Below are positions 37,530 to 49,045 of a DNA stretch of 64,000 nucleotides, piece after piece. Both the position numbers and the translations under genes were made by a program. Numbering within the stretch: position 1 is the stretch's first letter; every line of letters begins with the position of its first letter. This stretch comes from Macrostomum lignano. Taxonomy: Eukaryota. The stretch spans positions 1 to 64,000 of the forward strand of contig NIVC01000436.1 in NCBI GenBank assembly GCA_002269645.1. Reading direction: 5' to 3'. The notes below the pieces were generated by a model that was not told the origin of the DNA, ran no database searches, and saw only the letters and a program-made list of their open reading frames with translations.

Positions 37530-38410
37530 ATGAGATAATTTTGAGATTTTAATGAGAGAAATCTTGAGATTTGAGTTGAGAATTTGATGAGGCAATCTGG
37601 AGAATTTGAGGTGAGATTTTGATGAGGCAAGTCTTGAGATTTGAGGTGAGATTTCGATGAGACAAATCTGGAGAATTTGAGGTGAGATTTTGATGAGACA
37701 ATCTGGAGAATTTGAGGTGAGATTTAGATGAGGCAAGTCTTGAGATTTGAGGTGAGATTTCGATGAGACAATCTGGAGAATTTGAGGTGAGATTTTGATG
37801 AGGCAAGTCTTGAGATTTGAGGTGAGATTTTGATGAGACAAGTCTGGAGAATTTGAGGTGAGATTTAGATGAGACAATCTGGAGAATTTGAGGTGAGATT
37901 TAGATGAGACAATCTGGAGAATTTGAGGTGAGATTTTGATGAGGCAAGTCTTGAGATTTGAGGTGAGATTTCGATGAGACAAGTCTGGAGAATTTGAGGT
38001 GAGATTTAGATGAGACAATCTGGAGAATTTGAGGTGAGATTTTGATGAGACAATCTGGAGAATTTAAGGTGAGATTTAGATGAGGCAAGTCTTGAGATTT
38101 GAGGTGAGATTTCGATGAGACAAATCTGGAGAATTTGAGGTGAGATTTTGATGAGACAATCTGGAGAATTTGAGGTGAGATTTAGATGAGACAATCTGGA
38201 GAATTTGAGGTGAGATTTAGATGAGACAATCTGGAGAATTCGAGGTGAGATTTTGATGCGGCAAGTCTTGAGTGTTAAGGTGAGATTTTGATGATAAATA
38301 TCTCGAGATTTGAGGTGATATTTTGATGAGACTATCTGCAGAATTTGGAGTTAGATTTTGATGAGATAAATCTTGCGATTTGAGGCGAGATTTTTATGAG
38401 ACAAGTCGAG
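37530..38410. repeat. ~35-bp minisatellite GAGAATTTGAGGTGAGATTTTGATGAGACAATCTG
   Basis: Tandem copies between the convergent PAPSS and SRD5A 3' ends. Confidence 0.94.
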
Positions 38411-39271
38411 ACAATCAAGAATACTTAAATAATGGCATTGGCTCGACATGTATAGCTGCGACCTAAGCAAGAGAAGAAAGGTGCAGTTGACAGCAAAGAA
38501 GCATTCTTATCTTCTCTTTACAAGAGCAGCTGATAGTCCAGGGCTGAGAAAAGAAGCGTATGGATGGCTCGTCAACACTTCGCTGAACTTCCCATATCAT
38601 AAACAAACAAGCTGAAACCCAGGTAATGATATTAACAAAGAAACAATTTTGCATGTGAAATCGTTTTATTGCTTTGTAGTAGTAACTAGCCATTATTGTT
38701 AGTAGCATATAGAAAATTTCCATATTCGATATTTTCTTTAGAATCAAAGTTACTAATAAGACCTGTCTACCCCATTTAGATTTACCTCTCAACAAAGTTT
38801 ACAAGATAATCATATTTTATCTAGATTACCTAACTACACTACTTAGTTCATAGCGACAGTAGAAATGTTGAAATATTTTCCTTTATTTATTAACCAACAA
38901 CGGAAAACATAAATTCAATCTTTTTTGTCAGGTTTTTCTGTGTTGTGACAATTTTATATAAATATATATTTTTTAAATATCATATCAACAAAATTAGTAT
39001 ATTATATTTTAGGTATTGCAGTATTTAAGTTCAACTACTTCGAGTAGTACGGCTAATTTATTTTGTTTTATTAAACTGGCTTGAATAAAATTAAGCATGA
39101 ATAATAATATGAAAAATATGGAAATTGAAACTGAAACCAAAAACAAACTAGCACCAGAAAAATGTTTTTTCAAAATCCTAATTAACTATCAGAAACTTAT
39201 GAATGAAGAATTTAAAAACCTATAAGTTCATCTGAGCCTACAATGGACCCATCAGTTCTTCCCGCACTGCA

Positions 39272-39520
39272 TCAGATCAGGTAGGGGAGAATTGCCTTGC
39301 GATTCTTGGGGTACTCGTCACCGAACTTCTTCAGGTACCACCTGCGGGAGGGGGTGGCGGCTGGTTAATGATTGGAATACAGACAGACACAGACAGACAG
39401 ACAGACAGACAGACACACTAAGGCAGACAGACAGACAGACAGACAGACACACTAAGGCAGACAGACAGACAGACAGACAGACCGACAGACAGACAGACAC
39501 ACTAAGGCAGACAAACAGAC

Positions 39521-39567
<47 letters not shown>

Positions 39568-39636
39568 CACTAAAGCAGACAGACAGACACACTAAGGCAG
39601 ACAGACAGACAGACAGACAGACAGACACACTAAGGC

Positions 39637-39677
<41 letters not shown>

Positions 39678-39715
39678 CACTAAGGCAGACAAACAGACAG
39701 ACAGACACACTAAGG

Positions 39716-39754
<39 letters not shown>

Positions 39755-39791
39755 CAGAGACACACAGACAAACAGACAGGCAGACAGAGAC

Positions 39792-39854
<63 letters not shown>

Positions 39855-39902
39855 CACTAAGGCAGACAAACAGACACAGACAGACAGACAGACACACTAA
39901 GG

Positions 39903-39952
<50 letters not shown>

Positions 39953-39990
39953 CACTAAGGCAGACAAACAGACAGACAGACACACTAAGG

Positions 39991-40024
<34 letters not shown>

Positions 40025-40082
40025 TACAGAGACACGCACAGACAACAGAGACACACAGACAAACAGACAGGCAGACAGAGAC

Positions 40083-40133
<51 letters not shown>

Positions 40134-40469
40134 CACTAAGGCAGACAAACAGACACAGACAGACAGACACACTAAGACAGACAGACAGACAGACAGACAG
40201 ACCGACAGACAGACAGACACACTAAGGCAGACAAACAGACACAGACAGACAGACAGACAGACAGACACACTAAGGCAGACAGACAGACAGACAGACAGAC
40301 ACACTAAGGCAGACAAACAGACACAGACAGACAGACACACTAAGGCAGACAGACAGACAGACAGACCGACAGACAGACAGACACACTAAGGCAGACAAAC
40401 AGACACAGACAGACAGACAGACACACTAAGGCAGACAGACAGACAGACAGACAGACAGACACACTAAGG

Positions 40470-40511
<42 letters not shown>

Positions 40512-40519
40512 CACTAAGG

Positions 40520-40617
<98 letters not shown>

Positions 40618-40739
40618 CACTAAGGCAGACAAACAGACAGACAGACACACTAAGGCAGACAAACAGACAGACAGACAGACATACAGAGACACGCACAGAC
40701 AACAGAGACACACAGACAAACAGACAGGCAGACAGAGAC

Positions 40740-40778
<39 letters not shown>

Positions 40779-40795
40779 CACTAAGGCAGATAAAC

Positions 40796-40828
<33 letters not shown>

Positions 40829-42671
40829 CACTAAGACAGACAAACAGACAGACAGACAGACACACTAAGACAAACAGTAAGACAGACAGACTGAGACACC
40901 AGGACAGACACCAGGGCAGACACCAACACACACAGCAGGACAGACACCAGGGCAGACACCAACACACACAGCAGGACAGACGCCAGCCCCAGCCACTCAC
41001 AGGTGATGATGCCAGGCCCGCGGTGCAGTGTTGGCGGCGGTGAACAGGGCGAAGGCCACAGCAGGCAGGCTGCGGTTCAACAGAGCAAATCCAGTCCATT
41101 CGACAATTTCGGCAAGGAAATTCGCCCCAGACACGAGACTGAACAGTCCACCTTTAATGAATAAAATGAAAATGTCTAAAATTCTAGACTTCATACTGGG
41201 GCACAAAATGAATTGCAATCAAAATCTTACCATGAGGGATTTTGTAACCTGTCTCGCCAGGTTTCCGAAGTGAACGCAAAATCTGATCAGAATGGATATT
41301 GCCAGCCATACCGGCTGCGAAGAGGGCATAGCCGGCTGCAGCTGTGAAGGCAAAAGAAATTTGAGAGAAATCAAAGTTATAATAAAATATAAACCTTAAA
41401 TTCATTGAACTATATATATATTATTGTTAAATCTCTATTTTATTCTTGATAAACAGTAAACAAATTAACCCTAAGCAACACACCTGAACCCTAAGCAACA
41501 CACCTGAACCCTAAGCAACATACCTGAACCCTAAGCAACACACCTGAACCCTAAGCAACATACCTGAACCCTAAGCAACACACCTGAACCCTAAGCAACA
41601 TACCTGAACCCTAAGCAACACACCTGAACCCTAAGCAACATACCTGAACCCTAAGCAACACACCTGAACCCTAAGCAACATACCTGAACCCTAAGCAACA
41701 CACCTGAACCCTAAGCAACATACCTGAACCCTAAGCAACACACCTGAACCCTAAGCAACATACCTGAACCCTAAGCAACACACCTGAACCCTAAGCAACA
41801 TACCTGAACCCTAAGCAACACACCTAAACCCTAAGCAACATACCTGAACCCTAAGCAACATACCTGAACCCTAAGCAACACACCTGAACCCTAAGCAACA
41901 CACCTGAACCCTAAGCAACACACCTAAACCTTAAGCAGCACACCAATAAAAAAGCAAAAAACACCTATAAAACGTTTTTAAATCCTATAAAAAGCATATA
42001 TAAAATAATATAGCTAGCTAAACTCCAGCTATCAAACACAATTGAAAAAACTTTATAACATTAAAAAATATACAAGCCATATTTGCATATATTCTACAAT
42101 AAATCATGATAATAAATCATAATAAAATGGAAATACTTACATATGAAATCCCAATGAAAATAACCATAATTGATTATGTATGATGACTGCAGGTAGCCAT
42201 TATAGATGCAGAAAATAAATGCCAATAGAAATGGCACTGCTGGCATTGGCTTGCCTCCTCTGATCAGCATGGGATATATCAAGGACCTGTAATTCATAGT
42301 ACAACACATAAGTTAAAAAAATTATCGCAAATACATTTTCTCTCTAGACAAATCAGTGTATTACCAGTTGATATTTAGGCCTACCTTTGAAAGTAGTGCA
42401 GAATAAAAGGAGCAAGCAAGAGAACTGCGTCCCTGACATTTGATGAGTCACTTGTCTTAAAAAATAATAGTTCAATTATAAAATATACAGGAATTAAGAA
42501 GGCAGGAATTTCTTGAATTAGCCAAGCAATTTTGGTTGGAACTGGTGGTCCAAACGCCGAATTAGCATTGCGGCCATAGGGTGAAGGAACAAAGAGCAAA
42601 ACGAAGAATGCTACGATACCAGTTACAACCATTGTCATTGACAGATAGAACAAAAGCTCACTGTGGATCAT
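39272..42671 (-). CDS. SRD5A: Steroid 5-alpha-reductase (SRD5A1/DET2-like), 5 exons, ~254 aa
   Basis: Model complement(join(39272..39341,41001..41151,41231..41341,42141..42286,42385..42671)), intact frame. Motifs: [79 protein letters not shown] and [10 protein letters not shown]. Confidence 0.95.
39375..40990. repeat. Compound (GACA)n microsatellite punctuated by CACACTAAGG, filling SRD5A intron 4
   Basis: About 1.5 kb inside intron 39342..41000. Confidence 0.97.
41467..41940. repeat. 20-bp minisatellite AACCCTAAGCAACA(C/T)ACCTG in SRD5A intron 2
   Basis: About 23 near-perfect copies with alternating C/T variants. Confidence 0.97.
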
Positions 42672-43657
42672 TTTAACTCGACGAAAATTTCCAACGGAGC
42701 TTACAGCAAATCTAAATTTTACAAAATAATATAATAGATTAGATACGACACTAGCCTGTATTGGATTTTAAAAAAATAAATAACAGACTTCGCGAAGCCT
42801 TCTCAAAATCATCATGCAATTTAAAATGGTCAAAGTTGCAAATCCAAATTTTTCAATGTAAACAGCAACAGTTAAACCAAAGTTAATTTGATAGGCCCAA
42901 AGAATTAATATTAGCTATAAAAAAAGCTTTTAAAAAAATACAAAAAATACTTAAACTATGCATACTAAACATCTTTCAACTTGTGCAATGAACGACATAA
43001 TTCTGGCCCATTTCCGCAAATCGCATGAATCGCAACCATCCGCTCAAATCCGGTAACTTTTTTGATAGCGTTAGCGAAATTCCGCTTTCTTTCTTTTAGC
43101 GAACTAGCAACTTTCCGCTCATTTTTCAGTTCGGAAATTTTTCAGTTAGACTTGATTCAGATAGTGGATCGAAAAATAATATAAAATTAGTTTACTATAA
43201 CTGCCCTCACAGCCAGCGCCGGGAATGATATTCGACAACATCAGCCTTGCACTGTCGCACTTTGCACATGCGCTTCCTTTTAATTAGTCATAGACTTATA
43301 GACAGCGGGCCCGGGTTGAAGGGAATACACGCCATCAATTAAAGGCGTGGTCGCCACCAGTCACCTCTGCAGAAGCTATATGTACACCAGGTAAAAACTA
43401 ACTCCCACTGACTAAGGTTCTTGACCCCAACTGTACTACTACATGTATACTAGAAATGGCCGATTAAGAGACTCGATCTATATATATATGCGAGGCATAT
43501 ACACTGTACAAGGGCGCTGGAAACGAGAGGACTTCATGCATACATAGGGCGCGGGGGTTTGTATACGTGTAGCTGGTGATCGAGCTATTCTAGACTAATT
43601 CCCTCCAACGGTAAGCCCCACCAGGATCCAAAAGGGTGGATATATATACTGTAGTAG

Positions 43658-44056
43658 CAGGGGCGTCGCCATGGATTTTTTGGTGGAGGGACAAAGCCAA
43701 GAATTCTATATGTGACATGTACATGACTAAATTCCTACCGGCCTGTACATTATTTTCAGAATCGGTGTTGTCAGCACTTATTTTGGCGCCGCAGGCACTC
43801 ATTTTAGCGCCGCAGGCACTCATTTTAGCGCCACAGACACTCATTTTAGCGCCGCAGGCACTCATTTTAGCGCCACAAGCACTCATTTTAGCGCCACAGG
43901 CACTATATTTTGTCGCCCTGCAGCAAAATTATTGATTTCCATAGGGTCACATGGCCATGGTGGGGTGGGGGGGACAAAGAATTGGTATGCCTCCCCAGAT
44001 CTTTTACTGGGGGGGGGACATGTCCCCCAGCTGTCCCCCCGTTGGCGATGCCCCTG
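43658..44056. mobile_element. Non-autonomous hAT-type MITE (399 bp) with an internal 21-bp tandem repeat
   Basis: TIRs CAGGGGCGTCGCCA / TGGCGATGCCCCTG (13/14 match). Perfect 8-bp TSD TGTAGTAG at 43650-43657 and 44057-44064. Internal repeat GCACTCATTTTAGCGCCGCAG at ~43780-43905. Confidence 0.88.
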
Positions 44057-44275
44057 TGTAGTAGACAACGCCATTTTAATGTCTTTCCTCCTACATGTAC
44101 ATGTGGATGGGTTCGATGCGGCAGATTAGGGGATGTGGAAAGTGCAGGTCCCAGAGCTCTCTCGTGGTGCACGTCTTACGGGGACGCGTACTTAGAAATA
44201 CTGTTTACTGCTACGATTTTTTAGTTGGATTCGGCTCATACTCGGTGATTAATTCACTGCAGCTTATATTTCATG

Positions 44276-45063
44276 CAAGGGCGTCGCTATGGATTTTATG
44301 GTGGGGGACAAAGCCGACGTTTGCCAGCCGGACATTTGCAGGCGGCAATGGGTTAAAGAATTATGCCCCTCTAGGCTTACATGTACTGTACTTTCATTTA
44401 AAAACTGCGGACATTAGCACCAATCTAATCCAGCCTTCGCTCTCTACTACTGCTATTAAATATACAGGTTACTAACAAACCACTGTTCACTAGAACGCTC
44501 TTAGTCTTCTTGATATTTAATTGGGTAGGTTTTAGTAACAGGTACCAACCGATGTAACCAAACTTCCGAACTACATTTCCAGTCCACGCTAGGTTATCTG
44601 AAATCGAGAAGTCGATCTAATTAGCAAGCGGTAGGAAAGAGTTGGATAACCTGAAACCTAACTGTGCCACTTTCGTGTCATTGCCAACTGACTACGAGAC
44701 TTTAGTTGTAATTAAGACGCTTAGTTGTCTTCTTATTGACTTTGATGTCAGTGACGCTTTGGAGCTGTCAGTTCGGGAAGTTTTGTTTACATCGGTTGCT
44801 TTGGCACCTGTTACTATCCAAACCTATCCAAAATACTTGTATCAAGAAGACTAAGAGCGTTCTAGTGAACAGTGGTTTGTTAGTAACCTGTATATTTAAT
44901 AGCAGTAGTAGGGAGCGAGATGGGACTAGATTGGTGCTAATGTCCGCAGTTTTCAAATGCAGCAGTACATGTAAGCCTATAGAGGGCATACATGTAATTC
45001 TTTAACCAACTGCCGCCTGCAAATGTCCGCTGGCAAACGTCCGACTGGCAAATGTCGTAGACC
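44276..45063. mobile_element. Long inverted-repeat (foldback/MITE-like) element whose left end is fused to a fragment of the hAT MITE
   Basis: Arms ~44316-44572 and ~44770-45041 are reverse complements around a ~200-bp spacer. The interval 44276-44315 copies the MITE left end. Confidence 0.75.
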
Positions 45064-46213
45064 TCGTTAGGAGATCGAGGTCGCAAAAGATGAGGAGGGG
45101 AGGACAGGTAGCGGGTGCCTGTTGGGGAGGTCCTGAGGATCTAAAGTAATCAAATTATTTAGGGGAAATTAACTTGGACCTAGGCCGTGGGAGGTCGGAG
45201 GTACATGTACCAGGAATTTCCCGGGAAGGTTCGATCTCGCGGGAAAACAGATAGAACAACACAAGGGACGGGACGGAAGCGGTACAACGAGTACAGGTCC
45301 CGAACCAGGGGAGCTCTAGGAGAAAAAGTATTGTAGAAGAGCAACGACGAACTGATGACGCTCAGGGCTCAAAACGGGCTCCTATAAATTTATAGCTCTG
45401 AGATTACGTGATCACGTGAGCGTGGTGCTTGATATTGAAGGCCGTGACCTGTCCTTCATGACCTCCGTTACCAAACAACCCTATAATGACGTCACTCGCC
45501 AGCCGCACTGGGATTGGAGGAGAAATTTGGGTGGGGCGCAGCGGAGAAAATGATTTATGATGGACGATTACGCAACAGGCGGGAAATCGCTTGGGGATCG
45601 CTTGGGGGTCATAAAACTGTCACACGCGTGAATGATTTCGAACAATATAAAGGAGGTGGAGTTGGTGTGCGGAGGAGTGGGGTGGATGATAAGCAGAATC
45701 ATACAATAAAACTATAAAATTAATACAAAAAGCCAGCGTTTTCATGTACTTAATTAAGTCTACATAAAAGGCAGAGCGTAAAAAACCTTAAGAAAGAAAA
45801 GAACAATTATAAATATAATGTTGTTAAACATTAAAATACTGGTTTTTATTGGAGGCTCGTATATTAACAAGGCATCCTTTTCTGACATGTTTTTTGCTTT
45901 TTGTGCTCAGTAAAATGCAACTAATGTACATGTATGTTTAACACGAGACTTAGCTTTAGTCTGCATTATATTACATGTAAGTATGGTGTAAATATTGACA
46001 TATTATTATATTGGAACAATATTGGTCGCAGAGTTATTTTAGTAAGCACGAAGAAAAGTACAGTATATATTTAAAAAGTCCGTTTGTAAAAGTAAAACAA
46101 AGGAAACTTCACTGCCAGAAGTACCAATTAATATACAAATATTGACAGATTTAGTGGCACATGTTCGTCGATAATCGAATCGCGATCGCATGTAAAATTT
46201 CTAAAGCTTCAAC

Positions 46214-46972
46214 TCATTTCGATTTGTTTTCATGAACAACCAGCAGGCGCCGTCTGGACGCCAGCACTTCGTCAACAAGCCGGGCAGCGTGCAGTCTGAG
46301 CAGACTGGTCTCGGAGCCCAGCCTGTTGGCTGACTCCAGCAATCCGTTGACCTGGCAGAGCACAGCTTGAGCTGCCTGAGGCTCCAAACGCGGCTTACTA
46401 CTAACAGTAGCTGCAGGCATAGGGGATCGAATATGACAAACCGGCCTTGTCCGCTTCTGACAGCCACGTCTATAGGTAGATTTCTTCGAAACAACCGGTG
46501 CTGTTGGCGATCTTGACGATAATTTCTTTTGCTGTCGGTTACATGTACTTTCGCCATCCTGGAAGCAGTCGAGCACAGCAACTGGCGGTTCGACATGTAC
46601 ACTGCTGGCATGCTCAGCGAGTCCTGCAACTGACGATGACGGCGGGGGAGACTCTTGCTGATGCTGCGACGGCGGCGGGAGAGGCGGCATGTCGGCGAAC
46701 AGAAAGTCAAGGTTGTCTTCCATATGGTCGCTACCCAGATCTGTCAGAACCACGTCGCTGCCGCTGCTGCTGGGGCTGAGAATGTCCTGGAAGCCAGCGC
46801 TGCCGCCGCTGCCACCACTGCTGCTGCTGGTCTCCGAGTCCAGTCGATTCAAACCGAAGGGCTGCTGGTTTCGTTTCAACGGAAATATCGACTGAGGACT
46901 GTCATGATGAGGATACAAGTCTGCTGCTGCTGTTGTTGCCGTCAGCTCTGTAGCGTTGTGGAACTCGGACAT
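46214..46972 (-). CDS. Orphan 252-aa ORF, Ser/Pro-rich, function unknown (upstream exons possible)
   Basis: A non-repetitive GC-rich island with the same codon and CAG/GCG style as the real exons, and an AAAAAATG start context. I recognise no domain. Confidence 0.5.
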   Translation of the reverse strand: MSEFHNATELTATTAAADLYPHHDSPQSIFPLKRNQQPFGLNRLDSETSSSSGGSGGSAGFQDILSPSSSGSDVVLTDLGSDHMEDNLDFLFADMPPLPPPSQHQQESPPPSSSVAGLAEHASSVHVEPPVAVLDCFQDGESTCNRQQKKLSSRSPTAPVVSKKSTYRRGCQKRTRPVCHIRSPMPAATVSSKPRLEPQAAQAVLCQVNGLLESANRLGSETSLLRLHAARLVDEVLASRRRLLVVHENKSK

Positions 46973-46994
46973 TTTTTAGACGACGCGGTGAAGA

Positions 46995-47415
46995 CAATCT
47001 TTAACGAGATTAAGGGTGAGATCGAGGATGAGATTAAGGGTGACATTAAGGGTGAGATTAAGGGTGAGATTAAAGGTGAAATCGAACTTCAGATTCGGGA
47101 TGAGATTTTGGGTAAGAGATTAAGGGTGAAATCGAGGGTGAGATCGAAGGTGAGATTAAGGATGTGATCAAGGGTGAGATTAAGGATGAGATAAAGGGAG
47201 AGATTTAGGGTGGGATCGAAGGTGAGATTAGGGTGAGATGTAGGGTGAGATTAAGGATGAGATAAAGGGAGAGATTAAGGGTGAGATCGAGTATGAGATT
47301 AAGGATGATTAAGGACAAAGGGAGGGATTAGGGTGAGATTGAAGGTGAGATTAAAGATAAAATCGAGAGTGAGATTAGGGGTGAGATCGAGGGTGAGATT
47401 AAGAGCGATATCGAG
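46995..47415. repeat. Degenerate 12-bp repeat GAGATTAAGGGT
   Basis: Diverged tandem copies directly upstream of the orphan ORF start. Confidence 0.85.
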
Positions 47416-47984
47416 CGTCTTTCTCAAACTGAGGTCATAAAAGATTGCTCGAGGTCGTGAGCATCTTTGAGCTTCTTATCTAGCTCTAAATCATAATTCT
47501 AATATCCTCCTTTACTGCCTACATCTCATTATACAATTGCTTCCCTCGAGTGACTCATACCTGATTCTTTGAAAGTAATCAATAAATCAAATGATTAGTA
47601 TACTCACAAAAATTTAATAACACTTCTCAACTTCCAGAACCTTCGAAATTCTGTTTCCGGGGTGCAAATGACGAAATGTGTGCATGTATTTACAGACAGA
47701 ATTGTGAGGCACTTGAAAAACAGAACACCGTATTTTGGCCGCATTAAGGCAAGGCTGCTTTCATCTTGCCATTTTACGAGTATATGAAAAACCAACCGCA
47801 CCCATTTTTGACCCCCTCCCCCCTCGAGCTGATTGGCAGAATCTGCATTATGTAGTCTAGAGACCTATGAACACTATTTTAGATCGTAAATATCAAAATA
47901 GGGCTTTTGTGCTCGGGGTTTGAGCAGTTTAAGACTGCTGGGGGTGTGCGTCTTAGAGTGAGACTCAGACCATGGCAACAGTTA

Positions 47985-49045
47985 TCTCTCTCTCTCTCTC
48001 CTTCTCTCTTACTTTGGAGTCATCTGCTTTCTTTCTATTTACTCTCTCTCTCTCTCTCGGCCTCTCTCACCCTCATCCTCACCCCTCCAACCCTTTCTCA
48101 CCCTTCTCCCTCACCTTCCTCTCTCACCCTCCCTACTTTCCCTCTTTCTCCCTCCCTCTTTCACCCTCCCTCTTTCACCCTCCTTCTTTCTCCCTCCCTC
48201 TTTCTCCCTCCCTCTTTCTCCCTCCTCCATCTAACCTCCCCTTTTCACCCTTCCTCTTTCACCACCTTCTTTCACCCTCCCCCATTCACCCTCCCTCTTC
48301 CATCCTCCCTCTTTCACCCTCCCTCTTTTACCCTCCCTCTTTTACCCTCCCTTTTTCACCCTCCCTCTTTCACCACCTTCTTTCACCCTCCCCCATTCAC
48401 CCTCCCTCTTCCACCTTCCCTCTTCCACCCTCCCTCTTTCACCCTCCCTCTTTCACCACCTTCTTTCACCCTCCCCCATTCACCCTCCCTCTTCCATCCT
48501 CCCTCTTTCACCCTCCCTCTTTTACCCTCCCTTTTTCACCCTCCCTCTTTCACCACCTTCTTTCACCCTCCCCCATTCACCCTCCCTCTTCCATCCTCCC
48601 TCTTTCACCCTCCCTCTTTCACCCTCCCTCTTTCACCACCTTCTTTCACCCTCCCCCATTCACTCTCCCTCTTCCATCCTCCCTCTTTCACCCTCCCTCT
48701 TTTACCCTCCCTTTTTCACCCTCCCTCTTTCACCACCTTCTTGCACCCTCCCCCATTCACCCTCCCTCTTCCATCCTCCTTCTTTCACCCTCCCTCTTTT
48801 ACCCTCCCTTTTTCACCCTCCCTCTTTCACCACCTTCTTGCACCCTCCCCCATTCACCCTCCCTCTTCCATCCTCCCTCTTTCTCCCTCCCTCTTTCACC
48901 CTCCCTCTTTTACCCTCCCTTTTTCACCCTCCCCTCTATCACCCTTCCTTCTTTCACCCTCCCCTCTATCACCCTCCCTCTTTCACCTTCCCCTCTTTCA
49001 CCACCTTCTTTCACCCTCCCCTCTTCCACCCTCCCTCTTTCACCT
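47985..49045. repeat. ~1-kb polypyrimidine/polypurine tandem tract (CACCCTCCCTCTTT-based, with ~83-97-bp higher-order blocks)
   Basis: The plus strand is almost entirely C/T. Confidence 0.95.

Noticed and set aside
39292-41099. SVCL/DRQT repeat ORFs
   Set aside because: Translations of (GACA)n inside an SRD5A intron.
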